A stretch of 40,797 bases of DNA from positions 1 to 40,797 of the IMG/VR virus record IMGVR_UViG_3300044723_002808; one strand, written 5' to 3'. The notes below the pieces were generated by a model. The model saw nothing but the letters and a program-made list of their open reading frames with translations, ran no database searches and had not been told where the DNA came from. Origin of the DNA: a virus. Its lineage: Duplodnaviria; Caudoviricetes. Below are positions 27,494 through 36,743 of this stretch, piece by piece. How positions within the stretch are numbered: position 1 is the first letter of the stretch; each line of letters starts with the position of its first letter. The translations under genes and the position numbers were made by a program.

Positions 27494-29233
27494 TTATTTA
27501 CTTTTCTTATTAGTATCTATATAACTTTGATACACCTTATGTGCTTGTCCTAAATTCTTTTTCTTTTCTGGATCTTTTGCTCTTTGACTGGCAACTTTTG
27601 CTCTTTGACTCATTGCTATCGCCGCCTGCATCTTATGTGCGTGTGTCTTGCCAGAATTCTTAATTTTATTAATTGATTCTCTTGCTTTCTTTTCATCTGT
27701 AAAACCTAAACCGTGTATCGTACCTCTAGGGTTCTCGTCTGTATACAAGTCTGAATGTTTATCTGAACCTGCTTTTTGTCCAGGTTTTCTAGGTATTCTT
27801 TTAGTATCTTCTAGACCTAATTTCTTCTTTACCATATTTGTTGCAGTACCATATCTTACTGCATCACCTTTTTTCTTACCATATCTATCTCTAAAATCTT
27901 TCTTTGGCAACTCATCTGCTACCTTATGAACTTTTTTAATTTGTGCTTTTGTTAAGTCAGTTGACTCTCTTAATGCTTTTGCCATTTCTTGTTTAGATAC
28001 TTGTGCAACATATCTTTGTACTTCGTCTGATGTTTTAATTTGAACAGGTAGTCTTGTAAATTGTAATTCTTTTTTGAACGCCTCGTGGTCTAACTGATCT
28101 TTTTTAAATAGATAAGTTTCTTCGTGGTCTTTTATTATGAAAACTTTTAAGATATTAAAATCATCTACTATGATTTCATCCCAATTTCTCTCGGAGTTTC
28201 TTCTTCTTAAATAACCTGTCAATACTTCTTGAACTTCTTTTTGACGACTTGATATTATTTTCTCTATACCATCAAAGTAATCTTTTATACACATTTGCAT
28301 TTTTTTACCAGAATCTTTTGCTTGTTGACCACCTTCACCTTTATAAAAAGTGTGTGTTGCTTTTATACTTTTAAAAACTTCATAATCTGAAAAGTAAGGA
28401 GAAGTTCTCTTTCTATTAATTTCTGGGTCTGCATATTTATCGATTAATGTTTTGATAAGTCTTTTTAAATCACCATCCATACTAGGTATTTTAGGTTTAC
28501 GTCTATCATCATAAAAGAAATCGTAACTTACAAATCTTCTACCATCTACTACAGGTATAGAACCTAAATCGTTTGCTGAACTGAGAAGTGCGTTACCTTC
28601 TAATTCAACACAGACACCTGCCCCACTTGCAATACCTGATTGTATAACTTTTCTATGCATCTGTTGAAATCCTGCTATAGATGATTTGCTGTTTTGTATT
28701 CTATAAAGTTGGTCAAATTTACTTGCCTCTGTAACGTGAAATATTCTTGCTCTTACCATTTTTGGAAATACACGTTGAAACATTGCACTAGATATTGGTA
28801 TCCATAAATTTAATAATTGATTATCCCTACCACTCGCACTACCTGTAAAAATTAAATCACTTACTTTTTGTTGACCAACAGGTCTGAAGTCTTCAATTAA
28901 ATCATCTGGTCTAATATTATTAGGGTTACCTTTGTATTGATATATTCTAAAGTTCTTACCTTTATGGTCAAAACTATGTCCGTTATCTTTAATCCAATCC
29001 CTTGCAGTCTGAATGTCTTTAAGGTTCTTCATTACAATTCTTGCAGTCTTACCTACGTTTCCTGTCTGATATATAAGATACTTTATACCTGCTGATGCGT
29101 GAAGTCCAACACCTCTCATATCTCTACCACCTTGACCTTTTGGTGGATTATCTCCAAGGTCTGCCATAGGCACTACACTGTCTGCACCACCTATTCTGAT
29201 ACTTGCACCTGTGTATTCTTTAAATGTTTTCAT
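27494..29233 (-). CDS. Multi-module putative internal head protein (CTS-like N-terminus; possible ART-like domain; basic C-terminal modules)
   Basis: MKTFKEY start; IFHVT...WDEIIV; RYG...YGTAT and HSDLYTDENP modules. Confidence 0.6.
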   Translation of the reverse strand: MKTFKEYTGASIRIGGADSVVPMADLGDNPPKGQGGRDMRGVGLHASAGIKYLIYQTGNVGKTARIVMKNLKDIQTARDWIKDNGHSFDHKGKNFRIYQYKGNPNNIRPDDLIEDFRPVGQQKVSDLIFTGSASGRDNQLLNLWIPISSAMFQRVFPKMVRARIFHVTEASKFDQLYRIQNSKSSIAGFQQMHRKVIQSGIASGAGVCVELEGNALLSSANDLGSIPVVDGRRFVSYDFFYDDRRKPKIPSMDGDLKRLIKTLIDKYADPEINRKRTSPYFSDYEVFKSIKATHTFYKGEGGQQAKDSGKKMQMCIKDYFDGIEKIISSRQKEVQEVLTGYLRRRNSERNWDEIIVDDFNILKVFIIKDHEETYLFKKDQLDHEAFKKELQFTRLPVQIKTSDEVQRYVAQVSKQEMAKALRESTDLTKAQIKKVHKVADELPKKDFRDRYGKKKGDAVRYGTATNMVKKKLGLEDTKRIPRKPGQKAGSDKHSDLYTDENPRGTIHGLGFTDEKKARESINKIKNSGKTHAHKMQAAIAMSQRAKVASQRAKDPEKKKNLGQAHKVYQSYIDTNKKSK

Positions 29234-30645
29234 TTTGGTTTAAAATCACACATCATTCTGGTTGGGTAACCATCAGTGCCTTGTGTGTCCCTAATATTTA
29301 TTTTAAACATATAAAATTTAGATTCCATTTCTATATCTATTCTCTTTCCTTTACCACCTTTACCACCATAAAATATTTTAACAGCACCAACTCTAGCAGA
29401 TTCTCTCATCTTACTTTCGTCCATTTTTTTAGATATAATACCTCTTGCAGTTTTATGAATAACGTGATAACCAAAACCTATACCTGATTGTAATAAATGT
29501 GATAGTGCAGATGCATCAGGTCTGCCATTGACAACACCACTTTCTGTTTTTACATCAGGATTAAATATAGTACAAAATCTTTTATTATCAATACCAAATA
29601 AATCTAGTAACTTTCTACCATCTACATTTAGAATTTCACCTTCGTCAATTTCTTTTTTTGTTAACTTTGTTTTTATACCAACATTAAAGAATGTTGTTGT
29701 GCCACCTAATTTTAAACTTAAATAAATTGGTGGATTATTATCCGTCATTAAAGTTATATCTGTTACACTTTGTCCAATATTAAAACCAACACCTTTAGGG
29801 TTTGTAATGCTTATCTTGCCTGAAAAATCTAATGGTCTTTTTGTATTTTCACCACCAACAACTTTAGCATCAAATGTTTTTGACTTACCAAGGTTATAAG
29901 TTTTGTCTAAATCTTTTATTGCTCTTAATAAATCTTTGTCTGCAACTGCAACATCACCTTCTGCATACCATAATTCTATGGCATCAGCAAATTGTTTTTC
30001 AAATAAATTTCCTCTATTATTAGCACCTCTATTACCTTTAGAACCATTACCAAATTTTATTCTAATTGCTTTTAAACCTGCCCTCTTTTTAATGTCTGCT
30101 ATGTCCATAACACCTTGAAAAATTCTAGATACATTTATAAAATTAGGTTTTTTCATATCAATATTAATAGGTGTTGCATCTCTACCTTTTAATAATTTAA
30201 ATAAATTTGTAATATCAACCACAACTTGATGTGTAAAACCTTTTAATCTTGCTGATATTTCTTCTTCAGTGGTAGGAAAAAATGAATATGCCTCACTAAC
30301 ATTCATATACTTGTCTTTAAATGATACATATTCTTTTTTAGTTTTAACTTCATCATTTATAAAGTTTTTTTTTACACCTGATGTATCATCAACTATGTTA
30401 TCTAACTCTTCAAGTTTGTCTAACACACCCTTGAGCATCATACTATTATTATCGTTGTTCTCTTGTACTTTTCTTTTGAGATTATTGATTAAGATAGGAT
30501 CGTGTTTCTTTTTCTTTTTTTTCTTAACACCTGGTTCGTGAGTAGGTGGTAATGCAACATTGGCACCAGTCCCTACTGCATTTGCAGGAGCATCTTCATC
30601 TACTTTTGTTACAATCTCGTGTGCTAATTCTTTAAATGATTTCAT
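29230..30645 (-). CDS. Putative virion-packaged PD-(D/E)xK endonuclease
   Basis: MKSFKEL start; EDAPAN module; GNLFE...TDITL...YLSLK nuclease-like core; INIRDTQG..YPT. Confidence 0.6.
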   Translation of the reverse strand: MKSFKELAHEIVTKVDEDAPANAVGTGANVALPPTHEPGVKKKKKKKHDPILINNLKRKVQENNDNNSMMLKGVLDKLEELDNIVDDTSGVKKNFINDEVKTKKEYVSFKDKYMNVSEAYSFFPTTEEEISARLKGFTHQVVVDITNLFKLLKGRDATPINIDMKKPNFINVSRIFQGVMDIADIKKRAGLKAIRIKFGNGSKGNRGANNRGNLFEKQFADAIELWYAEGDVAVADKDLLRAIKDLDKTYNLGKSKTFDAKVVGGENTKRPLDFSGKISITNPKGVGFNIGQSVTDITLMTDNNPPIYLSLKLGGTTTFFNVGIKTKLTKKEIDEGEILNVDGRKLLDLFGIDNKRFCTIFNPDVKTESGVVNGRPDASALSHLLQSGIGFGYHVIHKTARGIISKKMDESKMRESARVGAVKIFYGGKGGKGKRIDIEMESKFYMFKINIRDTQGTDGYPTRMMCDFKPK

Positions 30646-31274
30646 CTGTAAGTAATATCCCTTCTCTTTTCACCTGTCGTCATAGTTGTTTTAACTAGTC
30701 CATCATCTCTTGGACATTTTGTGCTATTTAATGTGTGATTGTAATATACATCACACCCAAAATAATTTCCTGCAAGTTTTTCTTCAGGACACTCTATAAA
30801 TTGCTCTTCTATTTTTTCAACTAGAAGTGGTAAATTTCTGTCTTGCTCTAATATTTCTTCCCATATTTTTTCGTGTTTACAATAAGATATTATAGCAGAT
30901 TCTATGATTTTTTTATGGGGTCTTAATTTACTGTAAAGTGGTGATAATCTGTCTCCGTATTTATCATCAAATCTTAACGAAACATCATCACCTTCTTTTA
31001 ATAATATACCTAACGCCGCCGCTAGAGTTCCTAATCTACCACCCAGACCAACTCTACCTAAAATTCTTTTTACATTAAAAACAAATCTGTGTAACCAGGT
31101 GTAAGACTTTTTTTCTTCTGTTTTTGAAATTGTTGAGTATTTTTTTAATACTCTTCCATTTTTATCAATAATACCATACTTAAAAGCATCTTGTTTTTCA
31201 AAAGGCACTACTAATAATTTTAACAATCTATATGTGATTAACATATCTACTGCTCTATTACCACTTGTCGACAC
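30642..31274 (-). CDS. Conserved T4-like hypothetical protein
   Basis: D...TYR.LKLL..PF....AFK.GIID..G and HRFVFN.KR motifs. Confidence 0.75.
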   Translation of the reverse strand: MSTSGNRAVDMLITYRLLKLLVVPFEKQDAFKYGIIDKNGRVLKKYSTISKTEEKKSYTWLHRFVFNVKRILGRVGLGGRLGTLAAALGILLKEGDDVSLRFDDKYGDRLSPLYSKLRPHKKIIESAIISYCKHEKIWEEILEQDRNLPLLVEKIEEQFIECPEEKLAGNYFGCDVYYNHTLNSTKCPRDDGLVKTTMTTGEKRRDITYR

Positions 31275-31636
31275 TATAACCTCTCTAACTGTTCTCTAAC
31301 TTTACTATCTTCTTCTATAAAGTTTAACTCATCTGGATACAAATACTTTAAGTAATTTAGTATCGCCTTTAAAACTCCATAGTGTTTACTATCTATTTTA
31401 TATAGTAGTAAAGTTACACAAGGTTCTACTCCAAATACATTTTGTAAAATAATTATATGATTAAGTGCTAAACGAACCTTTAATCTACCACTTGTATCAT
31501 ACTTACGAAAGAGTCTTTTAAGATATTTAAATCTTTTTAAATCATCATAAAATTCTACTTCTTTTTCAAGAGTAGGGTTATCATAATGCTTTTGTGCAAA
31601 TAATAACCAATTGTCTTTCGTTATCGTCTGAAACAT
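31274..31636 (-). CDS. Conserved T4-like hypothetical protein
   Basis: FAQKHYDNP, EFYDDLKRFKYLKRLF, LNHII.L.NVFG. Confidence 0.8.
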   Translation of the reverse strand: MFQTITKDNWLLFAQKHYDNPTLEKEVEFYDDLKRFKYLKRLFRKYDTSGRLKVRLALNHIIILQNVFGVEPCVTLLLYKIDSKHYGVLKAILNYLKYLYPDELNFIEEDSKVREQLERL

Positions 31637-31639
31637 CTA

Positions 31640-32059
31640 CTATATCAGTTTTGCATATACCTTTGATGTTCCGTTTTGTAATAATTCGTGTTTGATTTCT
31701 AATTTCAAACCACCCTCTTTCACATCACTTATGCCATCATTATCGATATCTTGTCCATCATCTGCTTTACCAAATGTTTTAAAACGTGATACTGGAACAG
31801 TCATAGTTCCTTTTTCACCTTCTATTATTGCCTCAAAATTTAAACCTATTCTCATCAGTTTATTTTTTAATTCGTCAACTGCTTGTTGTGGGTTTAAATA
31901 TTCTTTCATAGCAATAGAACCAACAAATGCATTTACTCTTTTCAAGACATCTGGATCGTGTACGTTATGAACACCAATAGAACCATCTTCAACTGAATTC
32001 TGATCGTGTGTTCCTACACCTTCACCTTCTTCTTTTATATGTTGTTTAAATGTTTTCAT
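31640..32059 (-). CDS. Putative internal head protein
   Basis: MKTFKQHIKE start resembling T4 CTS; AGGAG SD. Confidence 0.65.
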   Translation of the reverse strand: MKTFKQHIKEEGEGVGTHDQNSVEDGSIGVHNVHDPDVLKRVNAFVGSIAMKEYLNPQQAVDELKNKLMRIGLNFEAIIEGEKGTMTVPVSRFKTFGKADDGQDIDNDGISDVKEGGLKLEIKHELLQNGTSKVYAKLI

Positions 32060-32067
32060 TTTCTCCT

Positions 32068-32292
32068 CTACTTATATTTGTCTGATTTTTTCTTTTCACC
32101 ATCTGCTCTAGGTATCAGACCTTTCGCCTTTAAATGAGCAATGTCGGTGAAACCTGCTTTACCGGATTTATATCTTTTCATAGCATCTGAAGTATCAGGT
32201 GCTTTTTCTTGTAAAGATTTACCTTGTGTTAAATCTTCTTCAAACTCATCTAGTTCTCTATCTTTACTATGATTTTTGAACGACTTTACCAC
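32068..32292 (-). CDS. Small basic putative internal protein
   Basis: GTG start re-called giving MVKSFKNH; LQE/K site then RYKSGKAGFTDIAHLKAKGLIPRADG module. Confidence 0.55.
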   Translation of the reverse strand: MVKSFKNHSKDRELDEFEEDLTQGKSLQEKAPDTSDAMKRYKSGKAGFTDIAHLKAKGLIPRADGEKKKSDKYK

Positions 32293-32482
32293 TTTTACTC
32301 TCTTTCTTTTCATCAACCAACTTTAATAATTTATCAGTTTGTTGAATTGCTCCGTGAAGTGCATTTAAATTATTTCTCAATGAATTTAAAGTTACTTCGG
32401 TGTTTCTTATCTGTTCTTGAACTGCCTCAAAATCAGATTGTAATTTCATTCTTTCACTTTCAAGTGTATCTTTATCAATCAT
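32267..32482 (-). CDS. Small coiled-coil protein
   Basis: Heptad pattern, L.GAIQ motif; GAAAGG SD. Confidence 0.7.
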   Translation of the reverse strand: MIDKDTLESERMKLQSDFEAVQEQIRNTEVTLNSLRNNLNALHGAIQQTDKLLKLVDEKKESKSGKVVQKS

Positions 32483-32495
32483 TATTTACCTTTCA

Positions 32496-32957
32496 TTATG
32501 AAGTTGTATAACCATTTCCTGCTATAATATTCCAGTTACTATTTTTAAACATACAAGTTACTGTTTCACCTTGTGCATTTAAGATTATGTTTGTATAACC
32601 TCTTAAATTTGTGGGTGTTATTGTAACTGCATTTGTTCCACTAGTAGAAACATTTATAATAGTTTTTATCTGCCCGTTTGCACCATCTGCCAACGTACAA
32701 GGTGCGGCGGCGGAAGTTGCATCTACTTCTGTAACTGGTGTTGTTACGTTAATTGCTGATGATGTTGAACCATCACCAGTTATTGATTGTGAAGTTGAGT
32801 TTAAACCTAACCACGAAGGTATATTGTTAAACACATCTTCTGCTGAAATCTTTTTATTAATTGGTGTACCACTTGGATCATCTACAACGTGAAATAAGTC
32901 TGCTGTTGCTAAACCATCACCCAAATCGGTAAGTGCTGTAATTTTTTTATCTGCCAT
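32496..32957 (-). CDS. Virion fibre/structural protein
   Basis: [12 protein letters not shown]...D.F.VVD......NKKIS N-terminus; LADG..GQIK beta domain. Confidence 0.7.
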   Translation of the reverse strand: MADKKITALTDLGDGLATADLFHVVDDPSGTPINKKISAEDVFNNIPSWLGLNSTSQSITGDGSTSSAINVTTPVTEVDATSAAAPCTLADGANGQIKTIINVSTSGTNAVTITPTNLRGYTNIILNAQGETVTCMFKNSNWNIIAGNGYTTS

Positions 32958-32970
32958 TTTATCTCCTTTA

Positions 32971-33046
32971 AACCCTTTCGGGAATGCTACTGTAAGTATT
33001 TGCTTACATCAATTAGTAGGGACACCCCACACCGTAAGGTGTCCCT
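32971..33046 (-). other. GC-rich multi-hairpin intergenic element (candidate structured RNA)
   Basis: AGGGACACC/GGTGTCCCT stem; CTAC..TGTAAG/CTTACA.GTAG stem; CCC-GAAA-GGG just before AAGGAG SD. Confidence 0.5.
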
Positions 33047-33057
33047 GGTTAAGTTAA

Positions 33058-33375
33058 TTATGATGCATCTTGACTATTTGCCAATGACACTAAAGTTTCG
33101 AACTGTATTCTACTAGCACGACCTCCTGTACCAGTTGTCTTTAAGTTCCAACCAACGTGTGCAACCTTACCACTTTGTGTTTCATTGTCTTTAAAATTAA
33201 AAAGACCGATAGTCACTCCGTCTATAAGATTATCTTCTGTTGCGTTTTGAAATAATCTACCTGATGCTCCTGCACCACCATCGTGCATATTTGCGGCGGT
33301 AGGTGCTTTTTGTACACGAGCAATTGCCCAAAGTGGGGCACTCGTTCCTGTATCTGTATTTGACCAACTTGACAT
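33058..33375 (-). CDS. Virion structural protein (conserved in T4-like marine phages)
   Basis: MS.W...D start, AH.GW...TGTGGR..R...ETLV motif. Confidence 0.65.
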   Translation of the reverse strand: MSSWSNTDTGTSAPLWAIARVQKAPTAANMHDGGAGASGRLFQNATEDNLIDGVTIGLFNFKDNETQSGKVAHVGWNLKTTGTGGRASRIQFETLVSLANSQDAS

Positions 33376-33419
33376 AACATTCTCTCCCTTTTAGGTACTC
33401 ACTTGTTTAATCTAATTGT

Positions 33420-33494
33420 TTATATTTCTGCACAAGCATAGCAATTAATTTCTAATCCTACACTTATTTCTTTTACTTCTGGTTTTTTCCACAT
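33420..33494 (-). CDS. pqqA: PQQ precursor peptide PqqA (24 aa)
   Basis: Manual translation MWKKPEVKEISVGLEINCYACAEI; W..P, G.E...Y (E-x-x-x-Y) hallmark; AAAAGGAG SD 6 nt upstream. Confidence 0.85.
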   Translation of the reverse strand: MWKKPEVKEISVGLEINCYACAEI

Positions 33495-33518
33495 ATTTTT
33501 CTCCTTTTATTAAAAAAT

Positions 33519-33562
33519 TATTTAGTTGTTTCAATTCATTAATTTATTCTATAGTATTTATA
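33519..33562 (-). promoter_or_regulatory. Tandem T4-type late promoters
   Basis: TATAAATA at 33562-33555 and ACTAAATA at 33526-33519, intergenic. Confidence 0.7.
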
Positions 33563-33569
33563 ACTAATA

Positions 33570-34064
33570 TCAATTGAACCCTAGTTTCTTGAGTTCTCTG
33601 ATAACTTGTCCTGCATTTTGAAATGTGATACCAACACCACCTTTCATTGAAAACTCTTTTGTATTTCTTGAATAATCATCAATCAAGATACAAGGTTGTC
33701 CACCTGTCTTTGCAAACATTTGTTTTTCGTGTCTTTGAACTAAATGCACTCTATTTCTAGGGACACCTATGTTTCTTTGTATCCATTGCATTTTTCCTGA
33801 TTTACAATTGGGATCTTCTTGAGAGGCGGCAGATAGAATAAATGGATTATGTTTATCTATAAATCTCCATAAATTTTTACCGTCATTTAACCAAGGCATA
33901 TTTGACCAAAAATTTTTGTTTTCAATTACCTTTGCCCATCTCTCTTGTTTAGGATTGATTTTCATCCACTGATCGACAGTCATTCCTGTTGTGTTCTTGA
34001 TGTTTCTCGCAAAGTCGCAGAGAACACCATCCATATCGCAATAGATCCTCGTGGTGTTATTCAT
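33570..34064 (-). CDS. HAD phosphatase (5'(3')-deoxyribonucleotidase-like)
   Basis: IYCDMDGVLCDF, ILSA, GK..W, ILIDD. Confidence 0.9.
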   Translation of the reverse strand: MNNTTRIYCDMDGVLCDFARNIKNTTGMTVDQWMKINPKQERWAKVIENKNFWSNMPWLNDGKNLWRFIDKHNPFILSAASQEDPNCKSGKMQWIQRNIGVPRNRVHLVQRHEKQMFAKTGGQPCILIDDYSRNTKEFSMKGGVGITFQNAGQVIRELKKLGFN

Positions 34065-34888
34065 TACTTATTGAACTCTACCTCAGGTTTTGTATCTACT
34101 TTATTTGGTTTTGTTCCTACCATAGTCTTTTTCTTCTCACTTTCTTTTTTCATCTTATCTCTCAAATGTTTATATGCTACACCAACTGTCAAAGGAACTT
34201 CACCTGTTTCAGGATTAGGTTCTGGTTTGATTGCTTTATTCTTTTCGTTTTCTAATTGTTGTTTTGCTAAAGCAAGTTGTCCTTTTAAGTCTATAATTTG
34301 TGCCTCTAACTTATCAGTGTCTTTTTCTTTACCAAGTTTTGTTTTTAACTGTGCTATCTTATCTTTTGACTCACTAACACTTTCTATTACCCTTGCACTT
34401 TTGAAACCTATAAAGTTTCTAATATCTTTAACTTGTCTACTAACATCAACACCTCTACCATCAAGTGTTACAGAGTCATCACTCATATTCTGTATAACAT
34501 CTATTTTTGTTCCTCTACCTCTGTTTTCAATGTCTATGTGCTTTTGAATTTTTTGTACTGTTTTATCTATATTTTGTGGGTGAAGTTTAATCTCTACTTT
34601 TTTCATTTCTGAAATTTGTTCTTCTTTCATTTCTTTTTTCTTAATTGCTTTTTGTAGTGCAGGTGGTAACTTCTTTTGTGCTTTAGTTAACTCATCTACC
34701 TTCGCCTCATTCTTTGCAGTATGCATTTTATCTATCTTATTAAAGAACTTTTTCTTTTCGTCAGGTGTCATTTGAGGTATTGATTTACCTGTTTTCTTTA
34801 ATTCTTTTTTAAATAATGCTTGATAGTCTTCTTCGTGTTTTCTAATTGCCTCTTCAAGACTACCTTTTCTTGTTTCTAAATAACTCAT
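34064..34888 (-). CDS. Charged multi-module putative internal head protein
   Basis: Lys/Glu-rich modules separated by hydrophobic-x-E sites; EKKKFFN.ID and NPETGEVPL modules. Confidence 0.6.
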   Translation of the reverse strand: MSYLETRKGSLEEAIRKHEEDYQALFKKELKKTGKSIPQMTPDEKKKFFNKIDKMHTAKNEAKVDELTKAQKKLPPALQKAIKKKEMKEEQISEMKKVEIKLHPQNIDKTVQKIQKHIDIENRGRGTKIDVIQNMSDDSVTLDGRGVDVSRQVKDIRNFIGFKSARVIESVSESKDKIAQLKTKLGKEKDTDKLEAQIIDLKGQLALAKQQLENEKNKAIKPEPNPETGEVPLTVGVAYKHLRDKMKKESEKKKTMVGTKPNKVDTKPEVEFNK

Positions 34889-36393
34889 TTTTTTGAACTC
34901 CTTACTTTTGCGGCGAGGTCCTTATCAGCACCACCCCAAGTACCTGATGATTTTGTAATAAAAGAATTTACTCTAGCAAATGCCCATTGTTGTTGAGATG
35001 CACCTGGTCTGTGTCCACCTTTCCACGCCGCCATTCCTCTGTCATAAACTTTTTTAAGTATACCATAGGGCATACCTGATTTTTCTGCTTTGTTTTTTAA
35101 ACCTTCTATCTTTTCAAATAAATCTTTTGCACCTTGATGTTCAAAGTCTTCATTTCTATGATCGTATGCAATACTTGAGAAGTAATCCCCACCCTTTGCT
35201 TTTGGATACATTGTTTTAAATGCTTTAGGATCATTCTGTCTTATGGTCATCATAATTGCCTCTAAAGGTGCAGTATCTAATTTGTAAATATGTTTTCTTA
35301 AACCTTTTAAATCTCCACTCTTATACATTTGTTTAGATTTTTCATAGTCTTTTCTGTCGATACCACCATCTTTGATCATATCGTTAAATGCTTTTTCTGT
35401 TCTTGCTTTATCTTCATTTATAAAAAGTGAGTCAACTGCGTTTGCTAATTCAACTTCTTCTTGACTCATATTTAATATCTTTGCAATGTCTTGCCCTGGT
35501 ATATAATCAGGTAGCACTTTCTCTAATGACTTTCTAGGATCTAAAGTTTTCTGTGCGTCTTTTTTAAACTTGTCTATGAAAGGTTTCATATTCATATTTT
35601 TCTTCATTGCGTGAGCAATGTCATCTATATAAGATGCTATTTGTGACATTTTACCTTCATTTACACCCTCTAATTTATTGTAATACTTGTTGACCATTGC
35701 ATCTCTATCTTTTTGGTCTTGAGCAGTAATTGAACCTGCTTTATTATGTCTAGTTTGAATATCTTTCATTTTCTTCTTTTCAGAAGATGTACCAAACTTA
35801 TTTACAATTGCAACACCATTTTCTGTGTGTTTGTTTTCATCTTCGTTCTTATCAAAATCTTTTTTTGTAAATTCATTAAGGTCAACTTCTTCTCTTAGTT
35901 TATTAATTTCAGCACCACTCATTCTAAACTTTGAGATTAATCTTGCGGCGGCAGACTGTGACACGAAAGGTATGTCTGCTTTAAATAAAGCAATCAAATC
36001 TTCTTTCTTATCAAACTTGTCCATTATTTTCATTAACTTATTAGCACCGTCAATGGATATTTTAGCACCTCTCATTGGTGCCATAATTGTTTTTAGAGTT
36101 TTTATCTGCTGACTAACATTCTCATCTAATACTTTTTCATCATAGTCAAACACTTCACCCATTATCTTCTTAACAAGTTTCTTATCTAACTTTAGACCTT
36201 TTGCAATATCATCAACAGTAGGATCATCTGATTCTTTTTTAATTATTTCGTGTTCACCTCTCTTTGGATCTTTATAGGCGGCGTGTTTCTTTTTATTGAT
36301 TTCTTTAGGAGGATATGATGACGTTGTATCTTCTTTAATGATACCTCTAACCTCTCTTAATGCATCTTTCATTGATTTTCTATATCTACTCAT
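34885..36393 (-). CDS. Multi-module putative internal head protein with C-terminal DUF5824-like module
   Basis: IKE/LDE/LNE/VNE/INE junctions; SG...GILKKVYDRG.AAW..GHRPG....QWAFARVNSF. Confidence 0.65.
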   Translation of the reverse strand: MSRYRKSMKDALREVRGIIKEDTTSSYPPKEINKKKHAAYKDPKRGEHEIIKKESDDPTVDDIAKGLKLDKKLVKKIMGEVFDYDEKVLDENVSQQIKTLKTIMAPMRGAKISIDGANKLMKIMDKFDKKEDLIALFKADIPFVSQSAAARLISKFRMSGAEINKLREEVDLNEFTKKDFDKNEDENKHTENGVAIVNKFGTSSEKKKMKDIQTRHNKAGSITAQDQKDRDAMVNKYYNKLEGVNEGKMSQIASYIDDIAHAMKKNMNMKPFIDKFKKDAQKTLDPRKSLEKVLPDYIPGQDIAKILNMSQEEVELANAVDSLFINEDKARTEKAFNDMIKDGGIDRKDYEKSKQMYKSGDLKGLRKHIYKLDTAPLEAIMMTIRQNDPKAFKTMYPKAKGGDYFSSIAYDHRNEDFEHQGAKDLFEKIEGLKNKAEKSGMPYGILKKVYDRGMAAWKGGHRPGASQQQWAFARVNSFITKSSGTWGGADKDLAAKVRSSKK

Positions 36394-36743
36394 CAGTTAT
36401 CTACCTTTGCTCCCTTTCTCCATTGATAACAAGACCAATATCTTGCTTTTGTTTTTGGACCTGGATTGTCACAATTATGTCTTGCTCTAAAACTCTTTCT
36501 TCTTGCCGGGTCATCTCTTTTGATTTCCATATTAGGATCACCAAAAGTTACCTTGACAACATTACCTTTTTCATTTGTAACATAGACTGCGAACTTTTTA
36601 GGTCCACCTGGTGTTCTCATAGGGTTATTTAGAGTTACTTTTTTGCCTTGATATTCTGCCTCTTGTAAACCCTCTTCTTCGTGTTCAAAAATACACTCTT
36701 CACATCTCTCATCTATGTTATCATATTCTTTAAAACTTTTCAT
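36393..36743 (-). CDS. Putative internal head protein with RRKSFRARHNC module
   Basis: MKSFKEY start, LQE/AEYQG junction, KV.FGDP, RRKSFRARHNC, ARYWSC. Confidence 0.75.
   Translation of the reverse strand: MKSFKEYDNIDERCEECIFEHEEEGLQEAEYQGKKVTLNNPMRTPGGPKKFAVYVTNEKGNVVKVTFGDPNMEIKRDDPARRKSFRARHNCDNPGPKTKARYWSCYQWRKGAKVDN

Noticed and set aside
32971-33046. tRNA or hammerhead ribozyme
   Set aside because: No cloverleaf or T-loop GTTC, and no CUGANGA core in the right context
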